NCBI RefSeq assembly: GCF_003019035.1
Contig: NZ_CP027447.1
Direction: 5' to 3' (one strand)
From: Escherichia coli
GTDB lineage: Bacteria; Pseudomonadota; Gammaproteobacteria; Enterobacterales; Enterobacteriaceae
Length of the DNA: 64,000 nt
This document shows positions 10,027 to 19,394 of the stretch, in pieces. The notes under the pieces were generated by a model, which worked only from the letters and a program-made list of their open reading frames with translations, ran no database searches and was not told the DNA's origin. Each line of letters begins with the position of its first letter. Position 1 is the stretch's first letter. The position numbers and the translations under genes were made by a program.

Positions 10027-11976
10027 ATGGATATTATTATAATGAATAAAGAGTCGTATCATAATGATCTAAAAAATAAATGGAAAATGTTTGTTAAGCA
10101 TGGTTGGGTCGCGACAAATTCGACTAATCATGTGATGCTGAGGTCATGGCAAAAATGTCTCAAGCATTGTGACCCTCGCCACTGGAACACGCCTGTCAAA
10201 GCTTCCGGGCAAACATTGCAGACGATTTTTTCTCGTAACGAAGAGTTTATTAGAATTTCACAAAGAGTTGTTGAAGACCATTTCACTCTGGCTGGTGACG
10301 ACCGGTTGGCATTTTTGATCATTGACCCACACGGCTGGGTTCTATCGTTGAATGCAGCAGGCGATTATTCCAGTCAATTGCGAGAGTTAGGAATTGAATC
10401 TGGTATGTCATGGGCCGAAGATGGCATTGGAACCAATGTATATAGTCTTTGTCGGGAAACAAATTTATATACACAACTGGAAGGAGCAGAACATTTTAGT
10501 GAACAGCTACATTGTTATGCGATGAGCGCTGCTCCGGTCATTGATTATTATGGTAATATCCATGGATACATTGTATGTATAATTGAAACTACCGCCGAGC
10601 TTGTTAAATTAAAAACATCATATTCATGTGCAACAGAAATCGCTAATTATATCTATATTGAGAATGAACAAAAGTTAATAAACAAAGTACTTTGCCAGCA
10701 TAATGCTGTGATTGAATGCATGGATGACGGTTTTATTTGTTGGAATAGTCATTCTTTAATTACGATGGTTAATTCTCAAGCACAAACACTACTGAATATT
10801 GATAAAGAAAGTTTAATTGGTCAGAACATCCGAAAAGGATTCGTATTTCCGCCGATTTTGAATGAGGCAATTACACAACGGAACAAACTATCGCAAAAGC
10901 AAATTGTCCTCGAATGCCGTGGCGAATTTATTGAACTTATGGTTACCCTTCGCCCGTTAAGCGATGGTTCGTTTTTACTTTTTCTTCATCCATTAGACAA
11001 AATCAGGAAAATAGCCCAACAGCAAATAAGCACTAATGCAAATTTTACCTTTGACAGTTTACATGCGGCTTCAGGTGGTATGAAGCAGGTATTACTTATC
11101 GCTCGCCGGGCAATTAAATCCATCTCTCCGATTTTGATCAATGGCGAAGAAGGTGTGGGAAAATTGAGTTTGGCGATGGCAATACATAATGAGAGCGAGC
11201 AACGTGATGGGCCATTTATTTCTGTAGATTGTCAGATGCTATCACCAGAAAATATCTTACACGAACTTCTTGGCTCTGATGTTGGCCCTTCGCCATCGAA
11301 ATTTGAACTGGCTCATAATGGCACCTTATATCTGGATAAAGTCGAATATCTATCAGGGGAAGTTCAGAGTGTTTTATTGAAAGTATTGAAAACGGGGCTT
11401 GTTACTCGCTCAGACAGCCATCGTTTGATCCCCGTACGCTTTCGCCTGATTACATGTACCAGTAGTTCGTTACGTGAGTACGTGCAACAAGGGGCTTTTA
11501 GCCGACAGCTATATTATGAGATCTCCATGAATGAAATTGAAATTCCGCCATTGCGCAAACGTCGTGAAGATCTCAAGCAAATGATTGACGATATTATTGA
11601 TAAGTATCAGGAGCGCACTCGAAAAAAAATGACAATCACGCCTGACGCAAATTCAGTTCTGCTTGAGTACCGTTGGCCTGGAAACATCTCCGAGTTCAAA
11701 AATCGAATGGAGAAGGTATTTATTAACTGCAATCGGCTTGTCCTCGGATTAGAGAATATTCCTCTGGATATCCGACAAAATAACAGTAGTGGCGACGATG
11801 ATATCCCTCATCTTACTTCACTGGCAGAATTGGAGATGCAAGCTATTGAGCATACATGTCGTGTCTGCGAATGGAATCTAACTAAAGCAGCTGAAGTATT
11901 AAAAATTGGTCGTACAACATTATGGCGCAAGCTTAAAATCTATAATCTCTATCCAAATGTTGAGCATGCAGATTGA
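10027..11976 (+). CDS. DhaR-like transcriptional regulator (sensor domains + degenerate AAA+ sigma54-interaction domain + Fis-type HTH)
   Basis: 649 aa; central block INGEEGVGKLSLAMAIHNESEQRDGPFISVDC ... FSRQLYYE and C-terminal IGRTTLWRKLK closely parallel E. coli DhaR (CGEEGVGKALLSQAIHNESE ... IGRTTLWRKMKQ), with no GAFTGA motif. Divergent from the gcl-type operon. Confidence 0.75.
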   Translation: MDIIIMNKESYHNDLKNKWKMFVKHGWVATNSTNHVMLRSWQKCLKHCDPRHWNTPVKASGQTLQTIFSRNEEFIRISQRVVEDHFTLAGDDRLAFLIIDPHGWVLSLNAAGDYSSQLRELGIESGMSWAEDGIGTNVYSLCRETNLYTQLEGAEHFSEQLHCYAMSAAPVIDYYGNIHGYIVCIIETTAELVKLKTSYSCATEIANYIYIENEQKLINKVLCQHNAVIECMDDGFICWNSHSLITMVNSQAQTLLNIDKESLIGQNIRKGFVFPPILNEAITQRNKLSQKQIVLECRGEFIELMVTLRPLSDGSFLLFLHPLDKIRKIAQQQISTNANFTFDSLHAASGGMKQVLLIARRAIKSISPILINGEEGVGKLSLAMAIHNESEQRDGPFISVDCQMLSPENILHELLGSDVGPSPSKFELAHNGTLYLDKVEYLSGEVQSVLLKVLKTGLVTRSDSHRLIPVRFRLITCTSSSLREYVQQGAFSRQLYYEISMNEIEIPPLRKRREDLKQMIDDIIDKYQERTRKKMTITPDANSVLLEYRWPGNISEFKNRMEKVFINCNRLVLGLENIPLDIRQNNSSGDDDIPHLTSLAELEMQAIEHTCRVCEWNLTKAAEVLKIGRTTLWRKLKIYNLYPNVEHAD

Positions 11977-12262
11977 TGCTTTTCAAATTGAAAGAATTTT
12001 AATATCGCAGTGTTTCATTTTGATGCAGTGCTTTAATGGTATTGAAATATTGTGATGTGCTCCATAAATGCCAATGTGGTTATTAGCCAGGGAGACGGAA
12101 AATGTGTTTACACTCCTGAAATAATAAAAAATAGGCAAAGAGAGATGATCTCCTTGTATGTCTGTATTAGCATGATGTTGCTTGTTAATAATTAAAAATA
12201 TCAACGCGCTTATATAAGCGCGGGGGATTGTTTTACTCAATTATTGAATACGGAGATAAAGT

Positions 12263-13633
12263 ATGGAATTTTATCTGGAACCCGCTCGTAATATACCTGT
12301 ACTGGCAACCACGGAAGTGTTAGTTGTTGGTGGTGGTCCATCGGGTATTGCCGCAGCAATGAGTGCCGCTCGTGAAGGCGCAGCTACTATGCTGATTGAA
12401 CGTTTCGGTTGTTTTGGCGGAATGATGACAACGGCTGGCGTCGAGTCAATTGCCTGGTGGCGTCATGAAAATACGGTAGAGTCAGGTGGACTGGCACGCG
12501 AAATAGAAGAAACGGCAAAATCAATGGGGGCGTCCAGCCCTGAGCCGCAATCGAATAGTCAGGCTATTAACGCCGAGCGTTTCAAACTGGTTGCGGATGC
12601 AATGCTTGAACAGGCAGGTGTGCGCCGCGTACTACACATTACCGCCGTTGATGTTATTAAGCAGGGCAATAATTTACTCGGCGTAATAACAGAGAGTAAA
12701 TCTGGTCGTCAGGCTATTTTGGCGAATGTCATTATTGACTGTACTGGCGATGCCGATATTGCATGGTTTGCCGGAGCACCATTTATTAAGCGTGAACGTG
12801 AAGACCTGATGTGTATGACAACCGTTTTTAGTTGCGCAAATGTCAATAAAAACGCGTTCATGCAAAATATTAAGAGCACGGAACCTAAATATGGAGACTG
12901 GGGGGCGGATGAAGAAAATAAAAACTGGTCTTATGATGTTCATGAATCTTGTCGCGATATGTTTAGCCCTTATCTGGGTAAAGTCTTTGCGAAAGGAAAG
13001 TCGGCAGGAATTATTCCAAAAGATGTGACGTTAGGCGGTTCCTGGAGTACGGTCACCGAGTATGGTGATGCGAATTACTTGAACGTTGTCAGCATCCCTG
13101 CCGTCGATTGTACGGATGTTTTTGACCTGACGCGTGCAGAAATAGAAGGCCGCAAGCAAGCCATGCAGGCGATTGAAGCGTTGCGTCAATTCCAGCCAGG
13201 ATTTGAACAGGCACAATTAAAAAATTTCGGTATGACGGTGGGAACAAGAGAATCAAGACATATTATTGGGCGAGTCCAGCTTACGGAAAATGATATTTGT
13301 AATGAGGGACGTCATGCGGATTCAATAGGGGTATTCCCTGAGTTTATAGATGGAAATGGTCATCTTAAATTACCTCTTGAAGCGAACTATTTTCAAATCC
13401 CTTATGGCGTAATGATTCCGCAGCAAGTTGAAAACCTGTTGGTTTGCGGACGGGCAATCGATGCAGATAATTTCGCCTATGCGACAATCCGTAATATGGG
13501 GTGTTGTATTGTCACTGGAGAAGGTGCAGGGACTGCCGCTGCTATTGCCATTAAAAATAACACTACCGTTTCACAGGTAGATATTCAGACGGTACAGGAA
13601 CGCTTACAGCAAAATGGCGTAAAAGTCTTTTAA
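12263..13633 (+). CDS. FAD-dependent oxidoreductase (paralog of 1730-3094)
   Basis: 456 aa; VLVVGGGPSGIAAA Rossmann motif and CTGDADIA motif, colinear with the ORF at 1730-3094; first gene of an operon with the downstream transporter. Confidence 0.7.
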   Translation: MEFYLEPARNIPVLATTEVLVVGGGPSGIAAAMSAAREGAATMLIERFGCFGGMMTTAGVESIAWWRHENTVESGGLAREIEETAKSMGASSPEPQSNSQAINAERFKLVADAMLEQAGVRRVLHITAVDVIKQGNNLLGVITESKSGRQAILANVIIDCTGDADIAWFAGAPFIKREREDLMCMTTVFSCANVNKNAFMQNIKSTEPKYGDWGADEENKNWSYDVHESCRDMFSPYLGKVFAKGKSAGIIPKDVTLGGSWSTVTEYGDANYLNVVSIPAVDCTDVFDLTRAEIEGRKQAMQAIEALRQFQPGFEQAQLKNFGMTVGTRESRHIIGRVQLTENDICNEGRHADSIGVFPEFIDGNGHLKLPLEANYFQIPYGVMIPQQVENLLVCGRAIDADNFAYATIRNMGCCIVTGEGAGTAAAIAIKNNTTVSQVDIQTVQERLQQNGVKVF

Positions 13634-13647
13634 CAGGGAATAAAGTT

Positions 13648-15051
13648 ATGAGAGAAAAACCCAGTTTTTATGTCGCGCTTACACCGATCATTTTTATGAT
13701 GATCGTGTTGGTTGTTGGCATCGGTGTTATGGGCTGGCCTGCCAGCGTCTGTTTATTAATTTCAGCGGCGTTTTCCTGCATTATTGCAATGGCTAAGCTG
13801 AAATATACCTGGGATGAAATCCAGGGGTTTATTATCGATAAGATTTCGGCGGTGATGGCACCGGTACTTATCGTTATTTTCGTTGGCTTTATGGTCGCGA
13901 CATGGAGCTATGCAGGTACACTGCCGATGCTGGTTTATTACGGTATGTTACTGGTTGCGCCCGCATGGCTTTATGCCATAGCGTTTTTTCTGAACGCAAT
14001 ATTGTCCTATGTTTCCGGGGCATCATGGGGATCTGTCGCTTCTATTGGTGTTGCATTAATGGGCATCGGTTCCGGCTTACATGCCGATCTTCCAATTCTG
14101 GCGGCAGCCATTGTTACCGGGGCTTATTTTGGCGACAAACTTTCACCGTTAAGTGATACCACTAACCTGACTTCAGCGGTAACCAAAACTAAACTTTATG
14201 ATCTGATTAAATATCTACTCTGGACGACCATCCCATCAACGATTATTAGCCTGCTGTTTTTTACCTGGCTGGGAATGATTCATACTTCTACGGGCTCTAT
14301 TTCACCAGAAAGCATGCAGATGCTGGTACAGCTCAAAGAGTTATATAAGTTTGGTCTGTTACCGCTACTGCCTATGCTTATTGTTCTGTGCTTTACCTTT
14401 TTGCGTTTGCCTACAGTACCGGCATTATTAAGCAGTGCGTTCGTGGCCGTATTGGTTGGATGGCTGTATCAAGGTTTCCCGCTGGCCGAAGGTATTAAGG
14501 CCACAATGAGTGGTTTCCGTCTGACGATGATCACTGATTCAACGACGCTGTTACCTTCTGTGAAAGAACTGCTTGAACAAGGCGGCCTGAATAATCAGGG
14601 CGGATTCCTGTCATTTATTATCTGCGCCATGATGTTTGCTGGCATCCTGACGGGAACAGGAATGATGGATGTCACATTACAAAGTGCGGCAAACAAAATA
14701 AAAAGTGCTTTTGGCGCTATTCTGGCAAGCGGTGTTTTAGCGATCATCATTAACTTACTTACCGGTTCTGATGGTTTGAATAAGATTGTTATATCTGAAT
14801 TGATGATGAAGAAATTCGAAGATCTTAATTTATCACCGTTAGTCTTAGCCCGAACGCTGGAAGATTTTGGCACCATGAGCGCGCCAATTATTCCGTGGTC
14901 AGCTGCCGGATTGTATATGGCGACAACACTAGGCGTGCCGACGTTTAGTTACTTGCCGTACTGTGTATTCTGTTTCTGCTCGATGATATTTGCGTTGATC
15001 TATGCTTCTACAGGTTTCCGTTTACTGCGCTTCAACGAAGCAAAGGCCTGA
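13648..15051 (+). CDS. NhaC-family Na+/H+ antiporter-like transporter
   Basis: 467-aa polytopic membrane protein with the NhaC-type motif GAYFGDKLSPLSDTTNL; begins 14 nt after the upstream oxidoreductase. Confidence 0.65.
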   Translation: MREKPSFYVALTPIIFMMIVLVVGIGVMGWPASVCLLISAAFSCIIAMAKLKYTWDEIQGFIIDKISAVMAPVLIVIFVGFMVATWSYAGTLPMLVYYGMLLVAPAWLYAIAFFLNAILSYVSGASWGSVASIGVALMGIGSGLHADLPILAAAIVTGAYFGDKLSPLSDTTNLTSAVTKTKLYDLIKYLLWTTIPSTIISLLFFTWLGMIHTSTGSISPESMQMLVQLKELYKFGLLPLLPMLIVLCFTFLRLPTVPALLSSAFVAVLVGWLYQGFPLAEGIKATMSGFRLTMITDSTTLLPSVKELLEQGGLNNQGGFLSFIICAMMFAGILTGTGMMDVTLQSAANKIKSAFGAILASGVLAIIINLLTGSDGLNKIVISELMMKKFEDLNLSPLVLARTLEDFGTMSAPIIPWSAAGLYMATTLGVPTFSYLPYCVFCFCSMIFALIYASTGFRLLRFNEAKA

Positions 15052-15076
15052 GTTATTCAAGATAATAAATGCGTTT

Positions 15077-15102
15077 GCCGGATGGATTAATCTCCATCCG
15101 GC
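15077..15102. terminator. Putative bidirectional hairpin terminator between the convergent transporter and hypT genes
   Basis: Perfect 9-bp inverted repeat GCCGGATGG / CCATCCGGC with an 8-nt loop in the 86-bp convergent gap. Confidence 0.45.
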
Positions 15103-15137
15103 GTTAATGTCAAAATTCCATGTTCTGCAGAATAATG

Positions 15138-16049
15138 TCAGCTAAGCACAATCTCCAGCTCGCGCAGTTCACGCCAGAAGCGTTCGGCAACGGGATTCAT
15201 GCGGGTATTCATCCGGTATGCGTAGGCCTGAATCGGGATCACCAGTTCGTCCCGATTCAGCACAACGAGCTGCCCGCTGCGAATTTCTTGTTGGATAGCG
15301 TACTCCGGCAGCCAGGCAATCCCACAGCCGTCGAGGGCAACCTGCTTTAAAAGCTCGCTCATCGAAGAGACAAAAAAGGTGCTGAAACTTAACTCACTGT
15401 GGCGCGTCAGGGTGCGATTAATCAATCGCCCCATGTAGGAGTTGCGGCTGTAATTCAGTAACGGAAAGTGTGGCTGCGCGAGGTTAAAAAGTGCTTCTCC
15501 GTGTTCGTCACTGGCGCAGACGGGGAACAATTGAGATTCAAATAAGCGAATGTGGTCAAATGGTGCTTCCAGCAAATCTTCGTCGTGAAAGGAAAAAATA
15601 CAGTCACTTTGCCCTTCACGCAGTTTATCGACCGCTTCATCGACATCAATGGCTTCAATCGCCCAGGTAAAGAGCGGCGGCATCTGGCTGATAATGGACG
15701 GTAACAGACCGAGGGAAAGAGAGTGTGCAGCGGCTATCTTGATTTTACGTTGCGCGTAATCGCTGCCGCCACGCAGCTCTGCCAGATTGCTTTCTAACTG
15801 TTGCAACAGATGGCGGATCTGCGAATGAAAGATTTTCCCTTGTTCCGAGAGTTGCAGCGGCGTCACCTGGCGGTTAAACAATTCAACGCCAATCGCCTGT
15901 TCCAGTGCACGGATGCGGCGGCTGAATGCCGGTTGCGAGACGTTGCGACTGACTGCCGCCTGGGAAAAGTTGCGGCATTTTTCCAAGGTCAGAAAATCAT
16001 AAAGCCATTTTGTTTCAATATTATGCAAAACCGCACCACAGCCATCCAT
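15138..16049 (-). CDS. hypT: LysR-family hypochlorite-responsive transcription factor HypT (YjiE)
   Basis: 303 aa, N-terminal LysR HTH (FLTLEKCRNFSQAAVSRNVSQPAFSRRIRALE); matches K-12 YjiE in sequence and in position next to iadA. Confidence 0.88.
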   Translation of the reverse strand: MDGCGAVLHNIETKWLYDFLTLEKCRNFSQAAVSRNVSQPAFSRRIRALEQAIGVELFNRQVTPLQLSEQGKIFHSQIRHLLQQLESNLAELRGGSDYAQRKIKIAAAHSLSLGLLPSIISQMPPLFTWAIEAIDVDEAVDKLREGQSDCIFSFHDEDLLEAPFDHIRLFESQLFPVCASDEHGEALFNLAQPHFPLLNYSRNSYMGRLINRTLTRHSELSFSTFFVSSMSELLKQVALDGCGIAWLPEYAIQQEIRSGQLVVLNRDELVIPIQAYAYRMNTRMNPVAERFWRELRELEIVLS

Positions 16050-16113
16050 TACGTTTTACTCTGTCAGCCGCCCTTGCGGGCATTCTACGTCCATTCGGGC
16101 GGCTGACAACCGT

Positions 16114-17286
16114 TTAAGCCGTTTCAAACGTTCCTTTCACGCAGGCTTTGCCGTCTTTGACCATCAGTTTGCCGCGAGCGTATACCTGCTCAATGCGCAA
16201 TTCTGGCGTCATGACCAGTAAGTCTGCGTCATTGCCTGGCAGAATTTCGCCTTTCCCGCTCAGGTTAAGGAAACCGGCTACGCTACTGGTGAGCGGGCGC
16301 AGGGCATCGCTGATACTGAAATCATAATCTTTGACCAGCACCTGCACGGTTTCCAGCAACGTTTCAAAACCGGCAACACCGATATGGGTTAAATTCCCTT
16401 CGTCATCGAAGAACGGCTGGCTACCGTTGCCGTCGGAGCTGAGGGTGACGCGTGCCAGCGGAATACCCGCCTGAACGGCGCGGGCAATACCTTCGGCAGG
16501 GGCGACCGGTTCGTCAATGCTGCTGGTGATGTCGATGGTGCCGCCTTTGCGCGCGAACTCCAGCGCCTGCTCAAACAACGGAACGTTGCGGTTAACGTGG
16601 GTCGGCAGCAGCTTGCTGATCGGCACATCGCAGTTTTCCAGCAGGTCATAGACAGGCTGTAACGCCTTTTTACTGTCGCCCATGTGGAACACGGTGACGC
16701 CAGGTTTACCGCCAAGCAAACCGCCAACGCGGGATTCCGCCGCCATATTAGCCAGGTGATAAACGTCCGGTGCGGCAGAACGGTGATCAGAGATGGCGCA
16801 TTTCACACCAATCACGCGATCGATAATCGCCACGTCTTTTTCCACGGAACCCGTAATAGTGCGGGAAGGGACATGATAAGCGCCGGTCAGCATCCAGGCG
16901 CTGATGCCTTCTTCATTGAGCGCACGGGTCTTGGCGAGCAGGGATTCCGGGTGGCGAGAGATAGAGTCGGTGCCCAGCAGACCAACCACTGACGTGACGC
17001 CCGCTTCCGTCAGGCGACTTAACGCCACTTCCGGCGTGCGCGTCGTGGGACCTGCTTCACCGCCACCGCCAATCAAATGAACGTGTTGATCAATAAAACC
17101 TGGGCAGAGGATCTGCCCGCGGAGATCGACAACCGTGCAGTCCGGTACAATGTCAGAAGGGATATTACTGGCAACGGCGATAATTTTGCCGTTAGCGACG
17201 AGGACATCGCAAACTCCCCGATCTTCCGGCGCATACAAATGCGCTCCCTGCAGCAGGGTAAAACCGGCTGCGGTATAATCAATCAT
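16114..17286 (-). CDS. iadA: Isoaspartyl dipeptidase
   Basis: 390 aa, amidohydrolase-fold metal ligands (FIDQHVHLIGGGGE); same length and neighbourhood as K-12 IadA. Confidence 0.88.
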   Translation of the reverse strand: MIDYTAAGFTLLQGAHLYAPEDRGVCDVLVANGKIIAVASNIPSDIVPDCTVVDLRGQILCPGFIDQHVHLIGGGGEAGPTTRTPEVALSRLTEAGVTSVVGLLGTDSISRHPESLLAKTRALNEEGISAWMLTGAYHVPSRTITGSVEKDVAIIDRVIGVKCAISDHRSAAPDVYHLANMAAESRVGGLLGGKPGVTVFHMGDSKKALQPVYDLLENCDVPISKLLPTHVNRNVPLFEQALEFARKGGTIDITSSIDEPVAPAEGIARAVQAGIPLARVTLSSDGNGSQPFFDDEGNLTHIGVAGFETLLETVQVLVKDYDFSISDALRPLTSSVAGFLNLSGKGEILPGNDADLLVMTPELRIEQVYARGKLMVKDGKACVKGTFETA

Positions 17287-17298
17287 GGTAACTCCTTG

Positions 17299-17760
17299 TT
17301 AAACAATAAGCTGCATAACCCAGATCGACAGCAATGCGTTAATCACGCAGACCGTAATGATATGCGGGTAATATTTGGCATTCACTTCGGCTGTCCCCAG
17401 GCAGCGACCGACATTTTGCACCGGGTTGCCCATTAAATACATCGCGGGCAGTAAAACGGTGACATCGTGACCGGTTAATGCGCCAGCGGTTGCCAGACTG
17501 GCGGCAACACCGACTGCGCCGCCCATACTCATTAATGCGGCTAAAAGGACGGTTGCCGCTTCACCGGGTAATCCCCACAGCGCCATTACGGGTTCACAGA
17601 TATGCCCCACCCAGTCGAGCAGGCCGGTAATTTTCAGCGCCTGAATGATGACAAACGCCATCACCACGTTTGGCAGCAGGTTGGTCGTGGCGATAGTAAA
17701 GCCACGGCGCGCGCCATCGATAAACATATCCATGACGTTTTTGCGGACCTGAGTTGTCAT
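17299..17760 (-). CDS. yjiG: Inner-membrane protein YjiG (nucleoside-recognition-type small membrane protein)
   Basis: 153-aa hydrophobic ORF; position and size match K-12 yjiG; stop overlaps the start of yjiH. Confidence 0.8.
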   Translation of the reverse strand: MTTQVRKNVMDMFIDGARRGFTIATTNLLPNVVMAFVIIQALKITGLLDWVGHICEPVMALWGLPGEAATVLLAALMSMGGAVGVAASLATAGALTGHDVTVLLPAMYLMGNPVQNVGRCLGTAEVNAKYYPHIITVCVINALLSIWVMQLIV

Positions 17761-18452
17761 GCTTGCGCTCCTTGCGTTGGGTTGCGACGTTCTTCGAAGT
17801 TAAGCCAGACGCGCAAAATGTTGGCTCCGACAAATTTAAACACCAGGATGACGGCTAAAGGTACGATTACGGACGTGCCCAGAAAGGCAAACACCGCGAC
17901 GCCGGAAGAGAAGTAGTTGGTGATGATGGCGCTACCGCTGGTTTGATATGCGGCGAATATCACTTTATCACGTTCGGTAATTTCCCCTTCCTGCGCCAGT
18001 TCTTTGGTCATACCTGCGGCGGCATCGGTGTTTTGCAGGTTAGCAATCAGCGCTAGTGAACAGATGCCTGGAATGCCCAACAACGGTTTTAGCACGGGCG
18101 TCATTAACTGCTGCGCGGCGCGCAATCCGCCAAGACCATCGGTAATCGAGATAATTCCCAGAGAGAGAATGACTGACGGTGCCAGCTCCAGCGCAAAGAG
18201 AAAGCCATCTTTAGCCCCCGCGCCACCCGCCCCGCGAAACGAGGTGGTGGCTCCGTTCGCACCAGGCAGTTGCCCAAACGATCCGTTCAGAACGGAAAAA
18301 TCAAAAACGCGCCACCAGCTGTCTGTTCCGGAAAAAACACCGGAAAAAAAGATTATGGTGAGAAAAAAAGCCAGATACCCTTTAATGCCCACTTTTTCTG
18401 TCGCCAGCTCCCCGGCTACAGCATCCCCTTGTTGTGTCATAACAATCCCCAT
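17757..18452 (-). CDS. yjiH: Inner-membrane protein YjiH
   Basis: 231-aa membrane protein upstream of and overlapping yjiG by 4 nt, as in K-12. Confidence 0.8.
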   Translation of the reverse strand: MGIVMTQQGDAVAGELATEKVGIKGYLAFFLTIIFFSGVFSGTDSWWRVFDFSVLNGSFGQLPGANGATTSFRGAGGAGAKDGFLFALELAPSVILSLGIISITDGLGGLRAAQQLMTPVLKPLLGIPGICSLALIANLQNTDAAAGMTKELAQEGEITERDKVIFAAYQTSGSAIITNYFSSGVAVFAFLGTSVIVPLAVILVFKFVGANILRVWLNFEERRNPTQGAQA

Positions 18453-18689
18453 TGTTTTTTTGTGTTTGTGTGTTGCTTGAGCCAGGAAAATTCCTGGAGC
18501 TGAAAAACCTTATCAGCCATGTGGGTATGGGGAAAATGCAAGTATGTTTCTGGCTATGCGTTTTTTGCATAGCGGAAAAATTACGCTATAGGGAAAAGGT
18601 TCTGCGCTGGATTGAGTTGCAGTAAATTCATAAACCCAGTGACAATGACATAAGTAAATAAAAACAGAAAATCCAGGGACGAAAACGAG

Positions 18690-19274
18690 ATGGCAAAGTA
18701 CAACGAAAAAGAGCTGGCGGATACGAGCAAGTTTTTAAGTTTTGTCCTCCGACACAAACCGGAGGCGATTGGTATCGTACTGGACCGTGAAGGATGGGCG
18801 GATATCGATAAGCTCATACTTTGTGCCCAAAAAGCGGGCAAGCGGTTAACCCGTGCATTGCTGGATACCGTTGTCGCCACCAGCGATAAAAAGCGTTTTA
18901 GTTATTCCAGTGATGGTAGGTGCATCCGCGCGGTTCAGGGGCATTCGACTTCGCAGGTCGCTATTTCCTTTGCCGAAAAAACACCGCCACAGTTTCTCTA
19001 CCACGGTACGGCAAGCCGTTTCCTTGACGAGATAAAAAAACAGGGGCTGATTGCAGGTGAGCGTCACTACGTACATCTCTCTGCTGATGAAGCAACGGCA
19101 CGCAAAGTGGGAGCAAGACACGGATCGCCGGTTATTTTAACCGTCAAAGCACAGGAAATGGCGAAACGAGGCCTCCCTTTCTGGCAAGCGGAAAACGGGG
19201 TCTGGCTGACATCAACGGTTGCTGTTGAGTTTCTTGAGTGGCCGTTCATGCCGGCTGGGTTACAAAAACAATAA
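18690..19274 (+). CDS. kptA: RNA 2'-phosphotransferase (Tpt1/KptA)
   Basis: N-terminus [43 protein letters not shown]... matches E. coli KptA; conserved RAVQGHS and HGT motifs. Confidence 0.88.
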   Translation: MAKYNEKELADTSKFLSFVLRHKPEAIGIVLDREGWADIDKLILCAQKAGKRLTRALLDTVVATSDKKRFSYSSDGRCIRAVQGHSTSQVAISFAEKTPPQFLYHGTASRFLDEIKKQGLIAGERHYVHLSADEATARKVGARHGSPVILTVKAQEMAKRGLPFWQAENGVWLTSTVAVEFLEWPFMPAGLQKQ

Positions 19275-19297
19275 ATTCAAGATATTGCAGGGGTTAT

Positions 19298-19327
19298 ATA
19301 GGACTGATAAGCGCAGCGGATCAGGCA
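19298..19327 (-). repeat. REP (repetitive extragenic palindromic) element, reverse orientation
   Basis: ATAGGACTGATAAGCGCAGCGGATCAGGCA resembles the reverse complement of the E. coli REP consensus (GCCTGATGCG...CTTATCAGGCCTAC). A separate perfect 10-bp-stem hairpin (AAGGATACCC/GGGTATCCTT) follows at about 19352-19379. Confidence 0.5.
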
Positions 19328-19394
19328 ATGTAGCGTTTGTTATCAGTCTGAAAGGATACCCTCGCACAAGGGTATCCTTAATAACCTGCTGAAA

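Noticed and set aside
11983-12240. 85-aa ORF on the minus strand in the regulator / oxidoreductase intergenic region, and the 84-aa ORF at 29226-29480
   Set aside because: Both lie in AT-rich promoter regions, have Ile/Asn/Lys-biased composition typical of random AT-rich frames and no ribosome-binding site; more plausibly regulatory DNA.
9649-12262. Sigma54-dependent promoters for the island operons, suggested by the AAA+ sigma54-interaction-like domain of the regulator
   Set aside because: The regulator lacks a GAFTGA motif and has a degenerate Walker A like DhaR, and I found no TGGCAC-N5-TTGC -24/-12 element in either control region; sigma70-dependent activation is more likely.
18690-19274. 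C-terminal extension of kptA relative to K-12 (194 versus about 184 codons) as a possible frameshift
   Set aside because: The sequence is colinear with KptA throughout and the extra residues are a simple read-through to a later stop; there is no evidence of disruption.
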